From Candidatus Cloacimonadota bacterium (lineage in GTDB: Bacteria > Cloacimonadota > Cloacimonadia > JGIOTU-2): a stretch of DNA of 58,173 nt. Below the pieces are notes generated by a model. That model had not been told where the DNA came from, did no database searches, and saw only the letters and a list, made by a program, of their open reading frames with translations. Position numbers and translations under genes: made by a program. The DNA is taken from NCBI GenBank assembly GCA_011043895.1, contig DRBZ01000099.1, positions 1 through 58,173 on the forward strand, in the 5' to 3' direction. This document shows, one piece after another, positions 23,601 to 32,143 of this stretch (its first letter is position 1; each line of letters begins with the position of its first letter).

Positions 23601-24134
23601 TTCCTTAATGAACAGAGAAAGGATCTTATAGACTCGAAAACCAATCTGCAAGAAGCCATAACCCAGCTTAATGAAACTGCCGAGAAAATGTTTATGAAGA
23701 CTTTCACTATTATCCAGAAGAACTTCGAAATGTTATACAAGGAAATATTTGATGGCGGAAAAGGACTTCTCAAGCTTGAAGATCCATCGGATCCACTCAA
23801 TTCAAAGATCGAAATATATTCAAATCCCAAAGGGAAAAAAATCACTAATATATCTCTTCTGTCCAGCGGTGAAAAAGCACTCACCGCAATCGCACTGCTC
23901 TTTTCTATTTATTTGGTTAAACCAAGCCCCTTCTGTATCCTTGATGAGATCGATGCCCCTCTTGATGATGCTAATATCTCAAGATTCCTGAAACTTCTAA
24001 ATAAATTCTCTGCTGACACTCAATTCCTGATAATCACCCATAACAAGCGAACCATCGAAGCTGTTGACTATTTATATGGTATCACCATGGAAGAAGAGGG
24101 TATTTCCAAGATAGTCTCTGTGAAGCTTGATTGA
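20613..24134 (+). CDS. smc: Chromosome segregation protein SMC
   Basis: 1173 aa. TTG start 6 nt after an aaggag RBS. Walker A GPNGCGKSN, long coiled coils, a hinge, signature LSGGEK and Walker B ILDEIDAPLD are present. Confidence 0.95.
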   Translation: MKLSQLELVGFKSFCEPTKFSFSKGLTGIVGPNGCGKSNISDAIHWVLGEQNARRLRGGTMKDVIFKGTSKRTAHSYTEVSITIENDKKILPIEYEEVKIARKLYADGSSDYYINNQQCRLKDILNLFYDTGMGRRAYSFIEQKMIEDLLNSTDEDKRYLFEEAAGIMKYNQSQRTCENKLKNVENDLIRLDDIISEVKYQVGSLRHQVGKAKRYQNLNNKITTIKIQLAGIKFFEMHAKLKPMNEKFLSLEKQITENNHQLTRLNADFSKKEQELLKKEDELKEELRQQRAIEDAISAHETKILLNKQQIENSNNKLQETYERIKAIEKQKLSGSDALEQEHEKLKETEALLGEQIEQTKKLEAKLKETQAKVQALNKKNDEIYHEINELQSKKQRILNEKNEFETRKKLISEQIERIKNKVADYQIKFESFSKLVKDHQAKQEENEHVLKNLQKKKEDSEYSLEKTTDDEQNLQDQINNLQITIRSLENEIAQLEEWERNFAGYSDATKKILDNFKDKNFTTLAENISVQKEYVNLIEQALRNMLLSAICPENYIQEVLSFLHDESLNGQIIINQSNINTTHKPMQIENTIPLQEVISFPNSVIHPRLFVNYYITEDISVALDLAKKYRDIENDIYFLSKNGEIISNKGIVTTHSVKQTSHGLLSRKEQLKKLQEKLEYHNKEKVTLFELKEKKILEKKSILEKLQITKKDISLISDMLEKGRNQLVNISVQRDNFHELMEENKESVANLEKQLEEIVRGLKSVEEKLAEVPEDDEIALQNELEKIQDDLHTARKEQYRHESLFNDQRIEQIKLEKDIAYIKQNIIRHKQAARASEEEHVRLQNSIDPLKKQIESLKKETEEHDVEFKKKVDELKSFKEKNVDIDNSYHSLRKEIESLKIQLHDLEFKKDALTKDRNEIELKIQETKLKLDHLKEDVVNHFHHDLSHDEPEEYMNLNPAELHADLEKHEKRLEGLGPINLAAINDYETQKKRLDFLNEQRKDLIDSKTNLQEAITQLNETAEKMFMKTFTIIQKNFEMLYKEIFDGGKGLLKLEDPSDPLNSKIEIYSNPKGKKITNISLLSSGEKALTAIALLFSIYLVKPSPFCILDEIDAPLDDANISRFLKLLNKFSADTQFLIITHNKRTIEAVDYLYGITMEEEGISKIVSVKLD

Positions 24135-24136
24135 TA

Positions 24137-25234
24137 ATGAAATATATCGTTTGTACTCTTGTTTGTTTACTGATAGTTAGCAATTTGATTACAGAAGAAT
24201 CTATATCTTCTCTCGATTCTTTATTACAATTTTCCAACGCAACTATCCCTTCTGATTCTTTAACCCATTTCTTCTCGGGCAAACTCTATTTTGATAACGA
24301 GTTGTATCCACAAACGATAGAGAGAATGTCTAGTTATATTCAACACAATCCAAAGGGGCTTTTTGCTTCTGAAGCATTATACCTGATTGGTAAATCTTAT
24401 GCTGCGATTGACAGTCTTGATAAAGCAATAGCTACATTGGAGAGAAATGGTGAATTGTTTACAGAAGAGGAATTTGGTAAACTTTCATTTTTCGAAATTG
24501 GGAATATATATTACCAGATCGAATCCTATGACAAGGCAAAATTATATTATACTCATTTCATATATTTCAACAGTGATCAAACAATTAAGGATAAGGCATT
24601 TCTAAAAATTGAGAAGTGCAACTACTATCTCGGTTTGTATAAATCTCCGATTGATATTTATGAACAGTTCATTAAAAAATATCCTTTGAGCCCATTGGTT
24701 CCAGAGCTCAAAGTGGAACTTGCAAATTACTATTTTTCAGTTCAAAATTATACTGAAGCTATTCAGGAATACAAAAATATTATTGAAGATTTTTCTGAAT
24801 GCACCTGGCTTGATTCTGTCTATTTCAACCTATCAAAAGCATATATAAAAATCGGTGAATGGGATATGAGCGCACAGACCATTCACCAGCTTATTACTCG
24901 ACATCCTCAATCAACACATATTCCAGATGCTTATCGAATGCTGATCGATGGTTTTGTTTCTGAAAAGAAGTTTCTCTCTGCAATCGACACACTAAATGCA
25001 ATAATTGAAAAAACACCTGTCGAGAAAAGAAACACGTATTATGAAATACTCACTCATATCTATGAAGAATTAGGATTAAACCAGGAATTGGTTTATATTT
25101 ATCAGATAATGATACAGCAGGAAACAGATGCTGAGAAGGCAGCTCTTCTCAGGTTGAAGCTGGAAACAATAAAGAAACGAACCGGAAAAGACGAGGATTC
25201 TTTGAAGGTCATTAATCATGAATTGAAAAGGTAA
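24137..25234 (+). CDS. Secreted TPR-repeat protein
   Basis: A signal-like N-terminus is followed by repeated A..Y...G.Y..A modules (YbgF/BamD-like TPR). Confidence 0.6.
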   Translation: MKYIVCTLVCLLIVSNLITEESISSLDSLLQFSNATIPSDSLTHFFSGKLYFDNELYPQTIERMSSYIQHNPKGLFASEALYLIGKSYAAIDSLDKAIATLERNGELFTEEEFGKLSFFEIGNIYYQIESYDKAKLYYTHFIYFNSDQTIKDKAFLKIEKCNYYLGLYKSPIDIYEQFIKKYPLSPLVPELKVELANYYFSVQNYTEAIQEYKNIIEDFSECTWLDSVYFNLSKAYIKIGEWDMSAQTIHQLITRHPQSTHIPDAYRMLIDGFVSEKKFLSAIDTLNAIIEKTPVEKRNTYYEILTHIYEELGLNQELVYIYQIMIQQETDAEKAALLRLKLETIKKRTGKDEDSLKVINHELKR

Positions 25235-25239
25235 AAAAT

Positions 25240-25267
25240 TTGACATCGAATATGACCATCTTAGCTT
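25240..25267 (+). promoter_or_regulatory. Candidate sigma-70 promoter for tRNA-Leu
   Basis: TTGACA (25240-25245), a 16-nt spacer, then TAGCTT (25262-25267). The -10 box ends 8 nt before the mature tRNA 5' end. Confidence 0.3.
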
Positions 25268-25275
25268 TTAGCAAA

Positions 25276-25362
25276 GCCGAAGTGGCGAAATTGGCAGACG
25301 CACTGGACTCAAAATCCAGCGAATTTCGGTTCGTGCCGGTTCGAGTCCGGCCTTCGGCACCA
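25276..25362 (+). tRNA. tRNA-Leu (anticodon CAA), CCA encoded
   Basis: Hand-folded. Acceptor gccgaag/cttcggc, anticodon stem ctgga/tccag with loop cuCAAaa, a long variable arm (class II), T-arm gccgg ttcgagt ccggc, and 3' a-cca. Confidence 0.93.
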
Positions 25363-25494
25363 GAAAAAAATAATTAAAAGGAGTGACAGATATTGTTATT
25401 TTGTTAGCTCACTACATAAATCGTGTTACCTCACACGACTTACAATCAATGAGGTATTTTCCTAAAATTTACAAAATTCAAAAGGAGTTTTAAC

Positions 25495-26547
25495 ATGAAA
25501 AAAATAAAGAAACTCAGCATCTCGCTTCTTTTAATCATAATTATTTTATTCGCATATTCAAGCTTTGCTTTTGCAGGTTCAGAAGCAACGTGTATTTTCC
25601 TTCTCATTGAACCTGGTTCACGTCCAAATGGGCTAGGACATTCTTACGTGTCCATCGCCCAGGGTGGTTTTGCTGCCTGGTGGAATCCGGGAGGATTGGC
25701 TTTTCAGAATGATTCCGAGGTAGGTCTAATGCACTCGAACTGGTTTGGTGATATTATTGATGATATGTATTATGAATATCTCGGATATTCTCAATATTTT
25801 GAAGGAATCGGAACCCTCGGCTTGAATGTAACCTATATGACATATGGAGAGCAGGAAGCTTATGACGCAGAAGGGCATCCTCTGCAAAAATTTACGAGCT
25901 ATGAAATCGCAGTTGGTGCAGCTTATGGAACTAAACTCAATGAAAAACTTGGTTTGGGGGTGAACTTGAAAGGTGTCATCAGTGGCCTTGCACCGCTTAT
26001 TGATGAACTTATGGATGCTGAAGGTACTGGTTATACTTTCGTCATGGATATCGGAATGTTGAAAAAGGATTTCTTTCTTGATAAGCTTGATTTTGGTGTA
26101 AATCTGCAAAATTTTGGACCTGATATGAGTTATGCAAACTCAGATTCCAAACAGCCAATGCCGCTCAATCTCAAACTTGGACTCTCCTACAGGATCTTCG
26201 ATAATAAGTATAACAAGCTCACTGCTACTGCAGATATTAATAAAATGCTTGTGAATAATGATCCCCTATGGAAAAGAATATTCACTTCTCTTACTGATGA
26301 CGATCTTAAAGATGAGTTGGATTCAATGATACAGAACTTTGGTGTTGAATATAAGTATTATAATCTCATATCCTTACGTGTTGGTTATGTCAATGATGTA
26401 GCAGGTCATATTCAGGGATTCTCTTTCGGTGGCGGTATCAGCTACGAATTCTCAAAGGGCAAAGAACTGTATTTCGACTTCGCACTGCAACCAGCTGGCG
26501 AACTTACTACGAATAATAAAACCTTCTCTTTGGGTGTTACGTTCTAA
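25495..26547 (+). CDS. PorV/PorQ-family outer-membrane beta-barrel (type IX secretion)
   Basis: Signal peptide, then the N-terminal pattern LIEPGSRPNGLGHSYVSIAQGGFAAWWNPGGLAF, which resembles the PorV ARA.GMG.A.VA..D...WNPA.LA motif. The beta-barrel periodicity ends in F. Confidence 0.55.
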   Translation: MKKIKKLSISLLLIIIILFAYSSFAFAGSEATCIFLLIEPGSRPNGLGHSYVSIAQGGFAAWWNPGGLAFQNDSEVGLMHSNWFGDIIDDMYYEYLGYSQYFEGIGTLGLNVTYMTYGEQEAYDAEGHPLQKFTSYEIAVGAAYGTKLNEKLGLGVNLKGVISGLAPLIDELMDAEGTGYTFVMDIGMLKKDFFLDKLDFGVNLQNFGPDMSYANSDSKQPMPLNLKLGLSYRIFDNKYNKLTATADINKMLVNNDPLWKRIFTSLTDDDLKDELDSMIQNFGVEYKYYNLISLRVGYVNDVAGHIQGFSFGGGISYEFSKGKELYFDFALQPAGELTTNNKTFSLGVTF

Positions 26548-26615
26548 ATATTATTAACTGCCAAGAGTATACATTGAATCTACACTTCTTCGTAGAAAGA
26601 AGATAGGAACATCAA

Positions 26616-29600
26616 ATGAAATTTTCAAAAGCAATCATATATATTGTCTTATTAATTCTAATTCCATTATCAATTCAGGCAAAATCACGATCATATTCTT
26701 TCAAGAAACTCGAACCTAAAAAACTTCAAACTCGTTATGAAAAATTGAATAAACTCCCACCTGAAATTCACCAGAAGATATTTGTATCAAAAAAAACACA
26801 GAAATTGAAACTATCAGAGGCCAAAGCCTTTGAACCAGTGAATCTGCTTGTTCTACTTATTGATTTTGTACCGGATGACGATTCGAAGACCACTGGAAAT
26901 GGAAAATTTGACTTTGGTGAATATGACTATTTTGAGATAAATGGTGTGCGGGATTCAATTCAGACCATTGGATCGCCCCCGCATGACTCAACGTTCTTTC
27001 ATCAGACTATCAAAGCAATGCAGTACTATTATCAGACTGCCAGTTTAGGAGTATTGAACACTTTCAATCCTCTCCAAGAAAAAAATTTTCATTTCAAAAT
27101 ATTTCCTCATCAAGCAGATACTGCTTATCACATGCCACAACAAATGGCATACTACTGGCCGGATACCGAGGATAATGACCTTAGATCGGATCGACTCATT
27201 CAATATTTTAAGGATGCGATCACTACTGCGGACACAACAGAGTTTGAACATACTCCCGACATAATTTTCTCGGATTATAATCACATTATGATTCTACATG
27301 CGGGTTCGGACTGGCAGCATGATGTTTTCTGGGACACTCCTTGTGATATCCCTTCGTGTTATTTTACTCTTCGAGATGATTCTGTCGCGGTTAATGACAG
27401 TACATATTTTGTTAAAGAGGGTGGAAATTCACCTGAAACAATATCACAGGATTTCTATAAGAGCAATCATTTTATCTACGGTTTTGGAACCATTAATGCC
27501 GAGGTTTTCCATGAATTTGGTCATGGGCTAGGTTTTGTAGATCTGTATAATACAAGTAACATGTATCCAGCTGTTGGATATTGGGATATCATGGATAGTG
27601 GTGGTTTCGGATCTGCAGTATTGATAGATACCCTTCAAACTCCACCGGATTCCTTAGTCATTGAAGCTGTTCTTCCGACCCTTCCCTCTGCATGGTCACG
27701 AGAGTTGATCTGGGGTAAAGAATTTAAGGCATCAGGCAGAATGCTTAATCTCACCTCTCCCGCACATGTTGAAATATCGGCAGCAGAACTTAATGATGTA
27801 CCTCATCCGCAGTTTATAAAAATACCTATCAATGACAAAGAGTATTACTTGATAGAGAATAGAGAAGTTGAACTAGATAATCAAGGCGCTCCTATCATTA
27901 AAGTCGATGAAATAACCGGGCGGGTTCCCCTTTACCCAATGAATCCTGAGACAGAGCAGAACAATTATGAGTTTGATTATTTTCTGCCCACTTACGATGC
28001 ATATAAAGAAGCTGAAACAAATGGTGGTTTGTGTATCTGGCATATTGACGATTATGTGATCTATGATCAACAGGTTGAAATCGATGGTGAGATGTATTCA
28101 CGATTTGATGCAAATATGATCAATGCAGTTTCATCCAGGAGGGGAGTCAAACTGATTGAAGCTGACGGGATTGAAGATATTGGAAATCCCTACTCGAATT
28201 ATGCATATGGGACCTGTTATGAACCTTTCTTTAAAACCAGACCCGGAACATGGACCCCGAGTGATACAAGTCGTTATCATAACTATAAATTTGCCCCAAA
28301 TACATTTCCTGCTTCTAGAAGTAATGAGGGTATTAATTCCCTGATTGAAGTTACAGATATCAGTAACTACGGTGTCACCATGTCGTTCACATTTCAGTAC
28401 CAGACCTATGATCAGATCAGTTCGTATGTTCCTTCAGAAAAGTTCAATCCGGCACATCAAATCCTCGCATATAAAGAAAATACCTTCGAATCTTATAATG
28501 TTGTTGCTGCATCTGACTCAGTAATTCTGTTACATAATACGCTATTTGGTAATTATACTGAGACATTCTCAACAATTATCACCCAACCACTTTCTCTTAC
28601 AGAATTTAATAATAAAAACTACATCATTTCCACCCATGAGGATTCACTCTGCCTAACAAACTTTGATATTATGCACTATCCCCCATTTTCCAGCTACGGA
28701 TTACATCTTGACAGATGGATCACAGACAGTCCTGTACAGCTTGATGAAACAACTTTACTTATCCCTACTGATTTTGAACTTTATAAGATTTCCTTCGATG
28801 GAGATGAGCTTCAAATCATGGATCAGATTGAAGTATACATTGAGAAGATAGCCCTCGATTTACTTCTTGATCAGATCATTGCCATCACTCACGATAATCA
28901 TCTAAAGATTTTTGATTCTTCATTAACCCTTATCGATGATTATAATTTTAATACATCTCTGGGTAATTTTTATCCAGTGGTGGAATCAATAGATAACAAT
29001 GGTGATCATAAACAGAAAATATTTGTGCAGGACAATAGTGGATCAGTTTATCATATCACCAATGGCGACATTCTCAAGATATTTAATGCTTCGACTTATC
29101 AATTGTCAGAACCATCCAATATTTCTCTGGGAGATATTAATAATGACGGCATTCACGACCTGGTTTTCACTACTGAAGATAGAACATTCATCCTTCAGCA
29201 GGATGGATCATTCCTGGACAAATCACCAATAATACCCTATGATGTAAAATATTCTGCAGTAATCTCACCCTTGATAGGACATAATGTTCTGGCTGAATCA
29301 ATAGCTTTATATTTACCCACTTCTCAGCAATGGACACAAGCAATTGATGAGCATTGCATGATCAACAATCGGTATAGCTTTGCTAATGGTCTTGCACAAG
29401 CTTCTCCACAGATTATTTTTGATCAAAACACTGCGAATATTTACCTTCCTGTTTCTGATTCATTGATTAAAAATTACCAGTTCTCTCTTGATCCTTCACT
29501 TTCTACTGACCTTTACTGGAATGGTTATAAAAATGGCTCGGGAAGAACTTCTTGCGTCACTGTAAAATCTTCAGGCTCTCCTGATTCAACTTCCACATTT

Positions 29601-29855
29601 TCAATTTGTGCATATCCAAATCCTGCAACCTCGGGAGAAGTACGCATCAGGATAACTTCGGATAAAGATTTGGAATCATCGATCAAAATCTATAACCTTG
29701 CTGCTGACATACTTTTCAGCGACAAAAAATCAATTGTCGCCCACATGAACAATGAATATGTCTGGCCAATTAATAATATTGCTTCCGGAGTGTATTTTGC
29801 AAAGATAAAGGTGGACGGAAAAAGTGAATTAGTTAAGATTGGAATAACAAAATGA
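26616..29855 (+). CDS. Secreted M6-like (immune inhibitor A-type) zinc metalloprotease with FG-GAP-like repeats and a T9SS C-terminal sorting domain
   Basis: Signal peptide. Zincin motif FHEFGHGLGFVDLY. GDINNDGIHDLVF is an FG-GAP/VCBS-type segment. The last ~85 aa (AYPNPATSGEVRIRI...IYNLAADIL...SGVYFAKIKVDGKSELVKIGITK) fit the Por secretion tail pattern. Confidence 0.75.
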   Translation: MKFSKAIIYIVLLILIPLSIQAKSRSYSFKKLEPKKLQTRYEKLNKLPPEIHQKIFVSKKTQKLKLSEAKAFEPVNLLVLLIDFVPDDDSKTTGNGKFDFGEYDYFEINGVRDSIQTIGSPPHDSTFFHQTIKAMQYYYQTASLGVLNTFNPLQEKNFHFKIFPHQADTAYHMPQQMAYYWPDTEDNDLRSDRLIQYFKDAITTADTTEFEHTPDIIFSDYNHIMILHAGSDWQHDVFWDTPCDIPSCYFTLRDDSVAVNDSTYFVKEGGNSPETISQDFYKSNHFIYGFGTINAEVFHEFGHGLGFVDLYNTSNMYPAVGYWDIMDSGGFGSAVLIDTLQTPPDSLVIEAVLPTLPSAWSRELIWGKEFKASGRMLNLTSPAHVEISAAELNDVPHPQFIKIPINDKEYYLIENREVELDNQGAPIIKVDEITGRVPLYPMNPETEQNNYEFDYFLPTYDAYKEAETNGGLCIWHIDDYVIYDQQVEIDGEMYSRFDANMINAVSSRRGVKLIEADGIEDIGNPYSNYAYGTCYEPFFKTRPGTWTPSDTSRYHNYKFAPNTFPASRSNEGINSLIEVTDISNYGVTMSFTFQYQTYDQISSYVPSEKFNPAHQILAYKENTFESYNVVAASDSVILLHNTLFGNYTETFSTIITQPLSLTEFNNKNYIISTHEDSLCLTNFDIMHYPPFSSYGLHLDRWITDSPVQLDETTLLIPTDFELYKISFDGDELQIMDQIEVYIEKIALDLLLDQIIAITHDNHLKIFDSSLTLIDDYNFNTSLGNFYPVVESIDNNGDHKQKIFVQDNSGSVYHITNGDILKIFNASTYQLSEPSNISLGDINNDGIHDLVFTTEDRTFILQQDGSFLDKSPIIPYDVKYSAVISPLIGHNVLAESIALYLPTSQQWTQAIDEHCMINNRYSFANGLAQASPQIIFDQNTANIYLPVSDSLIKNYQFSLDPSLSTDLYWNGYKNGSGRTSCVTVKSSGSPDSTSTFSICAYPNPATSGEVRIRITSDKDLESSIKIYNLAADILFSDKKSIVAHMNNEYVWPINNIASGVYFAKIKVDGKSELVKIGITK

Positions 29856-30538
29856 AACATAAATTTCCACTGATCATACTTCTTTTATTGATTTGTTCTT
29901 CCTCTGTGTTCGCAGAAGGAAAAAGATCCAAACCTCTTGCTGCATTTATGTCGTTAGCTATACCTGGAGCCGGAGAAATGTATGCTAAAAGCACGGCATC
30001 CGGTTACGCGAGTTTGGCATCAGAAGCACTTCTTTGGTTTGCGTATTTTGGATTTTTAAAACAAGCAGATTATGCCAAGAGTGATTATATAAAATATGCT
30101 CATGCCTATTCCGGTACAGCTCTTGAAACTGCTGACGATCAATATTATACACTTCTGCAAGATTACTTTTGCAGTGATGAGTATAATAATCATGTTTATA
30201 TTTACGCTCGAAATGGATTGTACAATGGTGGCTGGACAGAAGAAGAGTATAATCAATTTCTCGATGAATATCTTTATATCGGAGATGAAGCATGGAATTG
30301 GGGTTCTAAAGATATATGGTATAAATACGGAGAGCTCCGCAGACAAAAAAATTCCTATAAGATCCTTTCAAAATTCACTATTGCAGGCATGATAGTAAAT
30401 CGAATTGTAAGTATGGTCAAGGCAGTACGGGCTGTGCATGTTTACAATAAGGGCATTAATGAAAGTGATTTTTCTTTTAATGTTGAATTCGATCACTTAA
30501 ATCAGCGTTTTTCTTTTTCCTTGCAAAAACGTTTCTAA
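29852..30538 (+). CDS. Hypothetical membrane protein (signal peptide plus two predicted TM helices)
   Basis: 228 aa and Y/W/E-rich in the middle. The start overlaps the protease stop (ATGA). I recognise no family. Confidence 0.45.
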   Translation: MKHKFPLIILLLLICSSSVFAEGKRSKPLAAFMSLAIPGAGEMYAKSTASGYASLASEALLWFAYFGFLKQADYAKSDYIKYAHAYSGTALETADDQYYTLLQDYFCSDEYNNHVYIYARNGLYNGGWTEEEYNQFLDEYLYIGDEAWNWGSKDIWYKYGELRRQKNSYKILSKFTIAGMIVNRIVSMVKAVRAVHVYNKGINESDFSFNVEFDHLNQRFSFSLQKRF

Positions 30539-30539
30539 T

Positions 30540-32126
30540 ATGAAAATGATTTATTTAGATGGAACTTCACTTACTCTCAACGAGATCTATGAAATAGCGC
30601 ATGAGAGAACACGAGTTGAACTCACCGATGAAGCGAGAAAGAAGATCATAAGATGTCGCAAACACATCGAAGAGATCATTGAAAAGGATCAAGTAGTCTA
30701 TGGTGTTAACACGGGATTTGGGGCATTCAAAGATAAAAGAATTTCTCGGGATAAGCTAAAAGAACTCCAGCGTAATCTCATCATTAGTCACTCAACTGGG
30801 GTTGGATACTATCTTTCTGTTCCAGTTGTGAGAGCTATAATGCTATTGAGGATAAATTCTCTTGCAAGCGGATACTCTGGCATACGAATGGAAACCTTGC
30901 AAACACTTATCGAAATGTTGAACAAAGGTATTCATCCTGCAGTTCCAGCACAAGGTTCAGTTGGAGCAAGCGGTGATCTTGCACCGATTTCACATATAAT
31001 TCTAGTACTCTCCAGGGGTGAAGATCAGGAGCGTGAAGAATACAGCGGTCGAGTTATTATTGAAGAAAACACTGACCGTGATAATTATTCTATTAAGACT
31101 ATATCTGGACTTAAAGCAATGCATGATGCGGGTATTGAGAGAGTGATACTTGATGCCAAGGAAGGGCTTGCACTCAATAATGGAACCAATGTAATGACTG
31201 CCATCGCAGCACTTGCACTTGTTGACGCACAACTACTTTTCGAAAATGCTGTAAAAATATTCACAGCTTCACTCGAAGGATTACGTGGTGTTTCTGACGC
31301 ATATCTGCCAAAAATCCACGAACTTCGTCGTCAAAAAGGGCAGATAGATGTTGCAAATAAGGTCATGGAATACATTCAGGGCAGTAAACTGACCGACTCA
31401 CGGAGAGGAGAAGTTCAGGATAGTTATTCACTTCGTTGCTTTCCCCAGGTTGCTGGACCAATTAAAGAAACGCTGAATTTTGCAGCTAATATTATCGAGA
31501 GAGAGGCAAATGCAGTAACTGATAATCCTCTCATTATACCAGAAATTACTGATGATAAACTGGCTTTTTCTGGTGGAAACTTCCATGGGGAACCCATTGC
31601 ACAGGTCTGTGATTTTCTTAAGATCGCAATCGCAGAACTCGGTAATATTTCTGAACGAAGGATTTTTAAATTAACATCACAGTTTTTAAGTCACGGACTG
31701 CCAAGTATGCTAACCACAGAACCAGGTCTTCAAAGCGGGATCATGATTCTGCAATATACTGCTGCAGCGCTGGTTTCCGAGAATAAAGTACTTGCCCATC
31801 CAGCAAGTGTGGATTCAATTCCAACAAGTGAAGACGTGGAAGATCATGTGTCAATGGGCACTATCGCAGCAAGACAATTCAGGGAGATTTTAGAGAATGT
31901 TAAAAGGATCATTGCAATTGAATATATTACTGCCTGTCAGGCACTTGACCTTCGCTTACGTATAGATCCAGACTTCCAGGATTGCAGGCCTGAAACTGTA
32001 TTCGGACATATGACCTATCGGGTGTATTCAAAACTAAGAGACGCTGGGGTAGAATTCTGGGAACGTGATAAAGTTGCATATATTGACATAGAAAAAACAC
32101 TTCGATTAATAACTACCGAATTATAA
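30540..32126 (+). CDS. hutH: Histidine ammonia-lyase
   Basis: YGVNTGFG, SHSTGVG, MIO triad in GSVGASGDLAPISH, LALNNGT, VQDSYSLRCFPQV, GGNFHGEP and EDHVSMG are all present. Confidence 0.9.
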   Translation: MKMIYLDGTSLTLNEIYEIAHERTRVELTDEARKKIIRCRKHIEEIIEKDQVVYGVNTGFGAFKDKRISRDKLKELQRNLIISHSTGVGYYLSVPVVRAIMLLRINSLASGYSGIRMETLQTLIEMLNKGIHPAVPAQGSVGASGDLAPISHIILVLSRGEDQEREEYSGRVIIEENTDRDNYSIKTISGLKAMHDAGIERVILDAKEGLALNNGTNVMTAIAALALVDAQLLFENAVKIFTASLEGLRGVSDAYLPKIHELRRQKGQIDVANKVMEYIQGSKLTDSRRGEVQDSYSLRCFPQVAGPIKETLNFAANIIEREANAVTDNPLIIPEITDDKLAFSGGNFHGEPIAQVCDFLKIAIAELGNISERRIFKLTSQFLSHGLPSMLTTEPGLQSGIMILQYTAAALVSENKVLAHPASVDSIPTSEDVEDHVSMGTIAARQFREILENVKRIIAIEYITACQALDLRLRIDPDFQDCRPETVFGHMTYRVYSKLRDAGVEFWERDKVAYIDIEKTLRLITTEL

Positions 32127-32143
32127 CCTAAGAGGAGCTATAT

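Noticed and set aside
21174-23884. Several 64-100-aa ORFs antisense to smc (21174, 21441, 22655, 22798, 23075, 23582), plus same-strand out-of-frame ORFs (22099, 22648, 23749).
   Set aside because: All lie entirely within the well-supported SMC frame. K/E-rich coiled-coil coding sequence is stop-poor in its other frames. None has an RBS or a recognisable motif.
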